Below, piece after piece: positions 27,968 to 36,731 of a stretch of DNA of 64,000 bases. The position numbers were made by a program, and so were the translations under genes. This DNA comes from Thermodesulfobacteriota bacterium (GTDB lineage: Bacteria > Desulfobacterota > Desulfobulbia > Desulfobulbales > SURF-16), in contig JBDLIE010000013.1 in the NCBI GenBank assembly GCA_039715015.1, positions 1-64,000 of the forward strand, given 5' to 3'. The notes beneath the pieces are model-generated. The model made no database searches, was not told the origin of the DNA, and saw only the letters and a program-made list of their open reading frames with translations. Within the stretch, counting starts at the first letter, position 1. Each line of letters begins with the position of its first letter.

Positions 27968-29186
27968 ATTCAGCTCCCTTCTTTTTAATGAAATCTTTCC
28001 AGGACGGATCATCAAAGGCATGGGCCACGGTGAAAATATCCTTGTCGCCCCTGCCGCTCATATTGATGATAAGAGCTTCGTCGGTTTTTAGGTCGCCGGC
28101 TTCCTTATAGGCCTGGACAAAGGCGTGGCTTGACTCAAGGGCCGGGATGATGCCTTCCCTCTTCATGGTGAGCTCCAGGGCCTCCATCACTTCCTTGTCA
28201 GTGGCAGCCTCAAAGCGAACCTTGCCCCCTTCCCAGAGATCGGTGAGAATAGGGGAAACGCCGACATAATCGAGACCGGCAGCCACGGAATGGGTGTCCA
28301 TCATCTGGCCGTCATCATTTTGAAGGAACATGGTGTGATAGCCTTGGGCCACACCGGCAGAAGCATCATTGGATGTCAGGCGGGCGGCATGGTGGCCCGA
28401 GTCAAGGCCATGGCCGCCTGCCTCAACGCCGATAAGTTCCACCTCTGGCTGATCAAGAAAACCCTGAAAGATACCCATGGCATTCGAGCCGCCGCCAACA
28501 CAGGCGTAAACCCGGGAGGGCAGGGAACCAAACTGCTCAAGAATTTGTGTGCGGGCCTCTTTGCCGATAATGGACTGGAACCACGCCACCATCTCGGGGA
28601 AGGGATGCGGTCCGCATACAGTGCCCATTACATAATGGGTGTCATCCATCCGAGTAACCCAATCACGGAAGGCCTCGTTAATGGCATCTTTTAAGGTCTT
28701 GGAGCCGGAGGTGACCGGTACCACCGTTGCCCCAAGTTTCTCCATCCAGAAGACATTGGGGCGCTGACGCATAACATCCTCTTCGCCCATGTAAATGGTG
28801 CATTCCAGACCGAATTTTGCGGCCATGGTGGCAGTTGCCACGCCGTGCTGGCCGGCGCCGGTTTCGGCAATTACCCTTTTCTTGCCCATTTTTTTAACGA
28901 GCAGGCCCTGGCCCATGACATTGTTTGCCTTGTGGGCCCCGGTGTGGTTCAGGTCTTCACGTTTAATGAAGATCTGGCCGCCACCGAAATGCTTGGAGAG
29001 GTTCTCAGCGTGGGTAAGGGGGGTTGCCCTGCAGGAGTAAGTGGCCATGAGGTCAACGTACTCTTGCCAGAATCCGGGATCAGCCTTGGCGGCAGTAAAG
29101 GCGGCATTAAGCTCCTTAAAGGTCTCATAGAGAACCTCAGGGATATAAGCCCCGCCCCATTGCCCGTAATAACCTGGTTTTTGCAT
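27957..29186 (-). CDS. trpB: Tryptophan synthase beta chain
   Basis: KREDLNHTGAHKAN, AETGAGQHG, GGGSNA, ALESSHA and SGRGDKD. Confidence 0.96.
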   Translation of the reverse strand: MQKPGYYGQWGGAYIPEVLYETFKELNAAFTAAKADPGFWQEYVDLMATYSCRATPLTHAENLSKHFGGGQIFIKREDLNHTGAHKANNVMGQGLLVKKMGKKRVIAETGAGQHGVATATMAAKFGLECTIYMGEEDVMRQRPNVFWMEKLGATVVPVTSGSKTLKDAINEAFRDWVTRMDDTHYVMGTVCGPHPFPEMVAWFQSIIGKEARTQILEQFGSLPSRVYACVGGGSNAMGIFQGFLDQPEVELIGVEAGGHGLDSGHHAARLTSNDASAGVAQGYHTMFLQNDDGQMMDTHSVAAGLDYVGVSPILTDLWEGGKVRFEAATDKEVMEALELTMKREGIIPALESSHAFVQAYKEAGDLKTDEALIINMSGRGDKDIFTVAHAFDDPSWKDFIKKKGAEYAA

Positions 29187-29504
29187 CTGTCCTACCTGAA
29201 GATGTTGGGAGCACCTTGAAGATTTTTAAAACTCTGGTGCCTTCATGATGTTATTCAAAAAAAAAGGTTCCTATCTTAACCAGAAAGGCCCAAAGACACA
29301 AAGGGAAAAACAGAGGCATGGAGCTGTTTTGCTACCCGGAAGAGGAATTTCCAGGAACGTCGAACCATGCCAGAGCAGGCAATAGATAATGTAAATCTCT
29401 CCTTGCCCATTTTGAAGAAGGTGTGCGAGTATATTTTTGTGCTTTTTAGATAGTCATTCAAAAAAATCTATTGAGAATGGAAAATGATAAGAAAAATTAG
29501 CTCC

Positions 29505-29518
29505 TTGACTTAAGTCAA
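29505..29518. promoter_or_regulatory. CRP/FNR-family (HcpR/Dnr-like) box
   Basis: Perfect 14-bp palindrome TTGACTTAAGTCAA about 63 bp upstream of the octaheme gene. Confidence 0.65.
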
Positions 29519-29581
29519 AGGAAGGTGGAGGTGTGTTCTGTTAATTGTTTTCTTTTTTTAATTTCTTCAAATGGGAGATGA

Positions 29582-30877
29582 ATGATGAAGAAGATGAGAT
29601 GGATGGTGGGACTTGTTGGGGTCGGCCTGCTGGTCATGTCCTCAGCGGCCCTGGCTAAGGATGCCTGTGTATCCTGCCACGAGAAGATTTCTCCGGGTCA
29701 GGTTCAGGATTGGCGTGTCAGTCGGCATTCTGCCGAAGGTGTGGGCTGTGATACCTGTCACGGTGATGCCCATAGCTCAAAGGCTGATTATAAGAAGGCC
29801 AAAATGCCTTCGGAGCAGGTCTGTAAAGAATGTCATGAGGAGCAGTTTGATCAGTTCTCCCATGGCAAGCATAACATGGGGTGGAAGGCGATGAATGCCA
29901 TTCCTGCCACCCATATGGCCCCGGATGAACTGATGGAGGGTGGTCGTGGTTGTGGTGGCTGCCACAATATGGGCATCAAGACTGATGAGGAAAAGGCTGA
30001 GCAGCTTGCCAAGGGCTATCGTTACCAGACTAACTCTTGTGACGAGTGTCATACCCGTCATGCCTTCTCCAAGAAAGAGGCCCAGAATCCCCGGGCCTGC
30101 CAGCAATGTCATATGGGTTACGATCATCCCCAGTGGGAGATGTGGTCAAGCTCCAAGCATGGCGAGCGTTATTTCGCCAAGAAGGCCGGAGACCTGCCGG
30201 AAGGCGCGGCCGCACCCACCTGCCAGACCTGCCATATGGGCGACGGCAGCCATAATAACCATACGGCCTGGGGCTTCCTGGGAGTCCGTCTGCCTCTGCC
30301 CAAGGATCCGCAATGGGCTGCTGACCGGGTGACCATCCTTAAGGCCCTTGCTGTCCTTAATCCTGAAACCGGCGAGCCTGGTCCTGTCTATCCGGCTGTT
30401 GCCGCTCTGGACCTGGCCCGTTTGACTGAGGAGGATTTTCAGAAAGAGCGTAATAAAATGATCGCTACCTGCTCCAACTGTCACTCCGAGGCGTATGCCA
30501 AGGAACAGCTCGCCATGGGTGATTCTATCATGCAGAAGGTTGATCGCGTTATGGCCGATGCCATTGAAGTGGTTGCTGGTCTCTATAAAGATGGCCTTAT
30601 TGAAAAGCCTGCTGACTATCCTTACAACTACCCCTTCCTCCTTACCTTTATGGAGACAGGCGGCGAGGCCGGGATCAAGGATACCACCAAGCTTTCCTAT
30701 ATCGACCAGGTCCTGTTGGAGATGTATATGAAGCATCGCATGCGGGCCTATCAGGCCTTTTTTCATGTGAATCCCGACTATGCCTACTGGTATGGCTGGA
30801 ATGAGATGCGCAAAGACATGGGTGAGATTCAGGAGCTTGCTAAAACAATGCGTGCCACCCATAAGACCAAACATTAA
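29582..30877 (+). CDS. Periplasmic octaheme cytochrome c, HAO/OCC family
   Basis: Signal peptide; eight CxxCH motifs; CHTRHAFS, CHMGYDHPQWEMWSSSKHG and FHVNPDY patterns. Confidence 0.9.
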   Translation: MMKKMRWMVGLVGVGLLVMSSAALAKDACVSCHEKISPGQVQDWRVSRHSAEGVGCDTCHGDAHSSKADYKKAKMPSEQVCKECHEEQFDQFSHGKHNMGWKAMNAIPATHMAPDELMEGGRGCGGCHNMGIKTDEEKAEQLAKGYRYQTNSCDECHTRHAFSKKEAQNPRACQQCHMGYDHPQWEMWSSSKHGERYFAKKAGDLPEGAAAPTCQTCHMGDGSHNNHTAWGFLGVRLPLPKDPQWAADRVTILKALAVLNPETGEPGPVYPAVAALDLARLTEEDFQKERNKMIATCSNCHSEAYAKEQLAMGDSIMQKVDRVMADAIEVVAGLYKDGLIEKPADYPYNYPFLLTFMETGGEAGIKDTTKLSYIDQVLLEMYMKHRMRAYQAFFHVNPDYAYWYGWNEMRKDMGEIQELAKTMRATHKTKH

Positions 30878-30899
30878 AAACGTTTTTGAGTATAACGTC

Positions 30900-30941
30900 A
30901 AAAGGGGAGTAAGGACCTGGTGTCCTTACTCCCCTTTTTTT
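30900..30941 (+). terminator. Rho-independent terminator
   Basis: AAAAGGGGAGTAAGGAC-loop-GTCCTTACTCCCCTTTTTTT. Confidence 0.88.
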
Positions 30942-30942
30942 A

Positions 30943-31201
30943 GGTTCATCGTCGATTAGAGGGAAAATTGTGAATAGAAACGGCGGAAAGGTTAAGGTTT
31001 AAGTTCCACCCAAAACCGACAACCAAACCGCCATACCTAAGAGGCATACTTGCTTCGGCCAAGTATCCCCTCCATACCAGTGGGCTGGAGGGGATAAATA
31101 ACAAGATTAAAGTCATCAAACGAATGGCATACGGATACCGAGACGAAGACTATTTTTTCCTAAAAATCAAAGCTGCCTTTCCCGGACTTCGACGATGAAC
31201 C
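30943..31201 (+). mobile_element. Internally deleted ISL3-family element (259 bp)
   Basis: 13-bp perfect TIRs GGTTCATCGTCGA; encodes only a transposase C-terminus PYLRGILASAKYPLHTSGLEGINNKIKVIKRMAYGYRDEDYFFLKIKAAFPG. Confidence 0.88.
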
Positions 31202-31229
31202 ATAAAAAAGGGAAAAGTATAGTGCTGGA

Positions 31230-31541
31230 TTATGAGGCGCCGGCGAGCATCTCATCTAGAAAATTATTCCAACCAGATGGAGGCGAGACAATTTTAAAGC
31301 ATATTTCGAGCTTGCGGTCTGTCTGGTTAAACCATACGGGCATGATTCGAAACTTAAACTTCTTATCTCTGCCTCTTACCATGGTGGAATATTTCTGCGT
31401 AGCAGGTTTGAATTTGCTGGGGATACCAGTGACCATAAGCCCTGTTTTTGAGATGTTGGCCACCAGTCCGCGGTAAATGTCCTGGCCATCAGAGAAGGCG
31501 GAGACCATCTCGGCGTTAATTCGCGTAGCTCTCTGTTGCAT
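31230..31541 (-). CDS. PilZ domain protein
   Basis: RATR followed by NISKTG (RxxR and D/NxSxxG c-di-GMP motifs), 103 aa. Confidence 0.75.
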   Translation of the reverse strand: MQQRATRINAEMVSAFSDGQDIYRGLVANISKTGLMVTGIPSKFKPATQKYSTMVRGRDKKFKFRIMPVWFNQTDRKLEICFKIVSPPSGWNNFLDEMLAGAS

Positions 31542-31686
31542 TGGCGCCCCCTTGCAATGCTCGATTTATGAAATTCAGTCGAGAATATATGCATGTCTAA
31601 TTTCTTACTACTATCACATGCGTTTCAGAGTGCCAATGGCGTGTTAGGTCTGAGGTCTTGGAGGATGGCGTGCAATGAGCCAAGGA

Positions 31687-33270
31687 CTATTTGCACGGGG
31701 GTAATTGAGCCCGGAGGGCCGTGGCCAGATCCTCAGGGAAATGGCCGTTTATCCATCGTAATTGCGATTCGCTGAAGGCGCCTGGGGAGTTGGGGAGTTT
31801 GGGGAGCAGGGCGTAGAGCAGGCGCTGGTCCTGGTCTGTATTTTTAAAACGTTTGGAGTATTCGATGGTGGACATAAGTTTGACGCCGATACCATGCAGG
31901 GCCTTAACCGCCAAATAGAAGGCGGTGTCAAGGGAGTGGCGGGCCTCGGTGGAAAGCTCTATGATATTGCCCACCTCAGCGGTTGTCATGATCTGCACCT
32001 CCCATTGCGAGGTCTGGGCCTTGGGGACAAAGACCATGACATGGTCATCCTCATAAATGATCAGACTTGATTCACCCTGGCCATGGTCCACCCGGGTATT
32101 GGCTCGGATAGCCGCTAGGTAATCGTTGAAAAAAGGATTTGCCGTCTCCTTTCTGTATTGTTCACAAAAGGCAGCAACCAGATCACCGCAGGCAAAGCTT
32201 TTCTGGGGCTCGCTACTCTCTGCCAAGGCGGCGGGTATAAGGGCAAACTGCTGATGAAGCATCTGGTGGGAGGCGTTAAGGCGGTAGCCGCTGGGTGCAA
32301 AGTCAAAACCGTAGTTCCAGCCCCACAGGGTGGCGGTAAATGAGGGCTCCCTGCCATCTTCCATGGCGTTGACGATCTGTTGGCGCACATCTTCAAGCTC
32401 ATCAGCCGTGGCCTTTCTCCGGCCATGAAAACCGGAAAGGCCAAGGTCGGCAGCCAGCCGTTCATATGTCCTCTGGTAATAGAGGTGGCGCATGCCTATC
32501 ATGTCATCCAGGCAGAGTTGTTCCAGGCTGTAGCGCACCGCATCATTGGCCATATTGGCGGCATAATGGCCCCAGGGGATGTAGGAGTTGCGACGTAGAT
32601 ATTCATAGACATGGCTGCCGTTAGTCCGGAATTCACCGACGATCTCACTGCCGCCCTGGGCACCGGGCCGTAAGACCATGGCCTGTTTATAGTCGTCAGG
32701 CAGGTGGGGATTGTTGGCCACGGCCTCGTAGAGATCATGGCTATGGATAATCGGTCGGGAGTGACTGTTAAGCTGCTCATAGTGGAGACCGCTCACCTCG
32801 CCACTGTCGGTGATGATAAGAGACGCCGCCATCCTGGCCAGCCGGATGAGGTCCTCAGGGTCGGTGGAGGTCGTGGCCAGGGAGAGAAGCACCGGCTCGG
32901 GGAGGGCCCGAAAAATCTCGTCAATATCGTCGTCATCCACGCAATGACGGAGGGAATCCGCCATGGAAACCGGGGGCATGTCAGGCAGGGAAATAGCAAG
33001 AGGCTGTGTGGCCTGTCTGTCGGCCCAGGCTGAATTTATAAAGGTGGTGCCCTTGAAAGAAAAGGGGTTGGCTATCTCATAGACCCAGTCGCTTTTTCCC
33101 ACATCCACATCATTGGCTGGGAAGTTTCGGTTGTTAAAAACCGGTTGCTCCGCACAGCTGCCGAGTTCAGTGATCTCATCATTCTCCCGAAGATTAGTGA
33201 CCTTGAAGGAAGGTTTATGGATGCTAAAGGCAAACCGGCCACCGGGCCGGACACAGGTATGCAGTTTCAT
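31687..33270 (-). CDS. Conserved hypothetical protein with C-terminal GalT/HIT-like region
   Basis: GWNYG...ASHQMLHQQ and VFVPKAQTSQWEVQI resemble the GalT fold; long uninterrupted ORF. Confidence 0.6.
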   Translation of the reverse strand: MKLHTCVRPGGRFAFSIHKPSFKVTNLRENDEITELGSCAEQPVFNNRNFPANDVDVGKSDWVYEIANPFSFKGTTFINSAWADRQATQPLAISLPDMPPVSMADSLRHCVDDDDIDEIFRALPEPVLLSLATTSTDPEDLIRLARMAASLIITDSGEVSGLHYEQLNSHSRPIIHSHDLYEAVANNPHLPDDYKQAMVLRPGAQGGSEIVGEFRTNGSHVYEYLRRNSYIPWGHYAANMANDAVRYSLEQLCLDDMIGMRHLYYQRTYERLAADLGLSGFHGRRKATADELEDVRQQIVNAMEDGREPSFTATLWGWNYGFDFAPSGYRLNASHQMLHQQFALIPAALAESSEPQKSFACGDLVAAFCEQYRKETANPFFNDYLAAIRANTRVDHGQGESSLIIYEDDHVMVFVPKAQTSQWEVQIMTTAEVGNIIELSTEARHSLDTAFYLAVKALHGIGVKLMSTIEYSKRFKNTDQDQRLLYALLPKLPNSPGAFSESQLRWINGHFPEDLATALRAQLPPCK

Positions 33271-33540
33271 AATAATAAGATGAGATGCTGGAGGAGTTGA
33301 TTCTTAAATTCCCGAGGGTAATAACAGACGTTTAATCTAGATAGATTACCGTTCTTAACAAACAAGCGCCAGCGCTGATCTGAAAAAAAACTTCTTCGTG
33401 CAGCAGGTAACCTGGCTGTATTGCTTAAGGTTTTTGTCGTTAAGAGCTTGGCAAGGAGGCAATATTTCTTTAGATTGAGAAAGTATCTTTGGGACCTCTC
33501 CCGGAAGCTTTTTTTTCTGAAAGACCATGGAGACTCATTT

Positions 33541-36500
33541 GTGAGTTTTACTATCTATACCAGTAACCGAATGGAGTTATTGGTTGAATATCTTGCCCAG
33601 GTCTTAAGTCGGCAACCCCTGCCGCCCCTTGTCCCGGAAACCGTGGTGGTTCAGAGCCAGGGTATGGCTCGCTGGCTGTCCATGGAACTCTCCAAACGTT
33701 CCGGCGTCTGGGCCAATGGTTTTTTTCCCTTTCCCAATGCCTTTTTGCGTGAGGTCTTTGGCCAGGTCCTCGGTGAGCAACTGGCCATGGATGCCTGGCA
33801 GCGACCGGTGCTGGCCTGGCGTATCATGGAACTCCTCCCTGAGCTTTGTCAAAACGAGGCCTTCAGCCAGGTGGCGGCATATGCAGACACGCCCCTTAAA
33901 TCCTATCAGCTTGCTGCCACCCTTGCCGACCTCTTTGACCAGTATGTGATCTACCGCCCTGACCTCATCAGTTCATGGGAGAGGGGCGGGGAGGTTGATT
34001 TCTGGCAGGCCATGCTCTGGCGCAGGTTGCGTGAAGATATTGTTCAGCCGCATCGGGCTGATCTCTTTGAGCGTTGCCTTTCGCATCTTAACAGCGATCA
34101 ATGGTGCCCAGACACTCTGCCGTCTCGGGTTTCCATCTTTGGCGTCTCCTCCATGCCGCCCCGTCATCTTGAGGTTTTTCATGCCCTGGGCCGCCATATA
34201 GATGTGAATGTTTTTTTTCTCAACCCCTGTGAGAAGGAGTGGGGCGATATCATTCCCGAAGCGGCAATAAGCCGTCTGGAACGGAGCAGCGGTCTTGATC
34301 GGGAAAATCATTTCCTCGGCAACGATAATCCCCTTTTGGCATCCATGGGCCGTCTGGGGCGTGATTTTTTCAGTCTGCTCCTTGAAAACGAGGCTGAAGA
34401 AGAGGCGCTCTTTCTAGAGCCGGACTTAGATTCCCTGCTGACTGCCATCCAGGGCGACATCCTTAAACTTCGGGATGCCTCCCACGGCCAAAGTGACGAT
34501 GATTCCATCTGTTTTACCTCCTGCCATAGTCCGGTCCGGGAGGTGGAGGCCCTGTATGATCATCTCCTGGGCCTCTTTAACAAGCAAGCCGATTTGGAAC
34601 CTCGCGATATTCTGGTGATGGCTCCGGATGTCAGCACGTATGCCCCCCTGGTTGAGGCGGTTTTTGCAGGTGATGACCAGCAGCTTTTGCCCTATACCAT
34701 TGCCGACCAGAGCCACGACCAGGAGGAGTGTATTGCTGGTTTTTTTCAGATCCTGGCCCTGTCCCGCAGTCGTTTTAAGGCCCTTGACGTTGTTGCCCTG
34801 CTGGAAACTGCCGCCCTGCGCCGCCGGTTTCACCTGGGCCTGGATGATGTCAGCCAGATTAGCAAGTGGCTTGCCGAGCTGAGGATATGCTGGGGACGCG
34901 ACGGACAAGACCGGGCCCGTTTCGGCCTGCCGGGCCATCAGGAAAACAGCTGGCAGGCTGGTCTTGATCGCCTCCTTCTTGGCTTTGCCATGGATGACGA
35001 GCAACTTTTCAGTGGGATACTGCCCTATGACGGTGCCCATCTAGAGCCGGAGCTGGCCGGGCGTTTTCTGGTTTTTTATCATAGCCTTGCAGAGTGGTCG
35101 GATCGCCTTCAGCAACAGTATGACCTGCCGAACTGGAGTAACCTGCTCCTTAATCTTTGCAACGATCTCCTGCAGGCCGACCAGGATGAAGAACGGCAAA
35201 TGCAGGTGCTCCGTACAGCCCTGGCTGCTTTGGAGCAGGAGGCAAGTCTCTCATCATTTGGCCAGCAACTGGACCTTGATGTGGTGGAGGGTCGGGTCCA
35301 AAAGGCGGTGAGCCGGGATCTTTCGCCCTATGGCTTCATGGGCGGCGGTATTACCTTCTGTTCGTTACTGCCCATGCGGGCCGTGCCCTTTAAGGTCATC
35401 TGTCTGCTTGGCATGAACGACGGCGACTTTCCCCGTTCCCCGGCCCGCTTTGGTTTTGACCTCATGGCCAAGGAGTTCAGGCGCGGGGACCGTAGTATGC
35501 GTTTTGATGACCGCTATCTCTTTCTGGAGGCCTTGCTCTCGGCCCGCGACCAGCTCTATATCTCTTATCAGGGCCGTTCTGTGCTTGATGACTCGGAGCT
35601 GGCACCATCGGTGCTGGTTCGCGAGCTTATGGAGTATGTGGCCCGGGCGCGCAGTTCTGTTGGGGCCTCCGCGAAAGAGATCCAGGAGTGTCAGAATAGT
35701 CTTGTTGTTCAGCACCACTTGCAGCCCTTTCATCCAGGTTATTTCCAGGGCGAGTTCCCCGGGTTTTCCGAGAAAAATTTTAAGGCAGCCCAAGAGCTGG
35801 TTAATCGGGATAGGGGCAGAATTGATTTTTGCCAAGGTCTCCCTGTGTCAGAGGCGGAAGGAGAGAAGCGCCATCTTGACCTTGCTGTTTTTCAGCGTTT
35901 TTGGCAGTCGCCAAGCCGCTTTTTTTGCGAGCATCGCCTAGGCTTGCGTCTGGAAGGTGAAGAAGGGCCCCTGGCCGCGGATGAACCCTTTAGCCTGCGG
36001 GGTTTGGACCGCTACGCCCTAAACCGTGATCTGGTTGAGGGTCTGCTGGCCAAGAAACCCCTGACGCTTGACAGGGTCCGGGCCACCGGCATTCTGCCCC
36101 ATGGCGCCATGGCCGAGGTGGTCTATGGAAAGCTGCAGAGGGGTGCTAAGTCCTTTGCCGCAAAGGTTGAAGAGCTCGGCGGCAGCGAGACCAGCAGCCA
36201 GGGCGGCACCCTTATCATTGGCGACTATGTGTTGGACGTGGAGCTTGCCAATGTTAATGACCGGGGTCAATTTCACTACCGCTTTGGCAAGATGGACGGC
36301 CGCCATCTCCTGCGGACATGGATCAGCCACCTGGCCTTTAACAGCCTTGACCTTGCTGGCAGCGTTAAACGCCAATCGCTGCTCATCGCCGATGATGGTA
36401 TTGTCAGCATGGCTCCGCTTGCAGATGCCCGCACCACTCTTCGCGACCTCCTGGATCTCTATTGGCAGGGCCTCCAGCAACCCTTGCCCTTTTTTGCCAA

Positions 36501-36723
36501 GGCCTCCTCGGTCTTTGTTGAGAACTGCATGAAGGGCAAGGAGTTTAGGGCAATGGCTGAGGCTGCCAAAACCCTCTGGGGAAGCGAATATGTGCCAGGG
36601 GAATGGCAGTGGGATCCCTACCTCCAACGTTGTTTTGTAGAGAAGTTTGAGCTGGGGGAGGATTTTGCTGCCCTGGCCCGGACAGTGTATGGGCCGCTCT
36701 ATGTCGCCATGGAAAAGGAGTAG
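33541..36723 (+). CDS. recC: Exodeoxyribonuclease V gamma subunit
   Basis: SNRMELL, VVVQSQGMARWL, LFDQY, NPLLASMG, CHSPVREVE and LLPMRAVPF. GTG 33541 follows GGAG. Confidence 0.95.
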   Translation: MSFTIYTSNRMELLVEYLAQVLSRQPLPPLVPETVVVQSQGMARWLSMELSKRSGVWANGFFPFPNAFLREVFGQVLGEQLAMDAWQRPVLAWRIMELLPELCQNEAFSQVAAYADTPLKSYQLAATLADLFDQYVIYRPDLISSWERGGEVDFWQAMLWRRLREDIVQPHRADLFERCLSHLNSDQWCPDTLPSRVSIFGVSSMPPRHLEVFHALGRHIDVNVFFLNPCEKEWGDIIPEAAISRLERSSGLDRENHFLGNDNPLLASMGRLGRDFFSLLLENEAEEEALFLEPDLDSLLTAIQGDILKLRDASHGQSDDDSICFTSCHSPVREVEALYDHLLGLFNKQADLEPRDILVMAPDVSTYAPLVEAVFAGDDQQLLPYTIADQSHDQEECIAGFFQILALSRSRFKALDVVALLETAALRRRFHLGLDDVSQISKWLAELRICWGRDGQDRARFGLPGHQENSWQAGLDRLLLGFAMDDEQLFSGILPYDGAHLEPELAGRFLVFYHSLAEWSDRLQQQYDLPNWSNLLLNLCNDLLQADQDEERQMQVLRTALAALEQEASLSSFGQQLDLDVVEGRVQKAVSRDLSPYGFMGGGITFCSLLPMRAVPFKVICLLGMNDGDFPRSPARFGFDLMAKEFRRGDRSMRFDDRYLFLEALLSARDQLYISYQGRSVLDDSELAPSVLVRELMEYVARARSSVGASAKEIQECQNSLVVQHHLQPFHPGYFQGEFPGFSEKNFKAAQELVNRDRGRIDFCQGLPVSEAEGEKRHLDLAVFQRFWQSPSRFFCEHRLGLRLEGEEGPLAADEPFSLRGLDRYALNRDLVEGLLAKKPLTLDRVRATGILPHGAMAEVVYGKLQRGAKSFAAKVEELGGSETSSQGGTLIIGDYVLDVELANVNDRGQFHYRFGKMDGRHLLRTWISHLAFNSLDLAGSVKRQSLLIADDGIVSMAPLADARTTLRDLLDLYWQGLQQPLPFFAKASSVFVENCMKGKEFRAMAEAAKTLWGSEYVPGEWQWDPYLQRCFVEKFELGEDFAALARTVYGPLYVAMEKE

Positions 36724-36731
36724 GACTATAA

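Noticed and set aside
29187..29400. trp attenuator or leader peptide
   Set aside because: Candidate short ORFs have single Trp codons only, and the hairpin before the T-run is weak.
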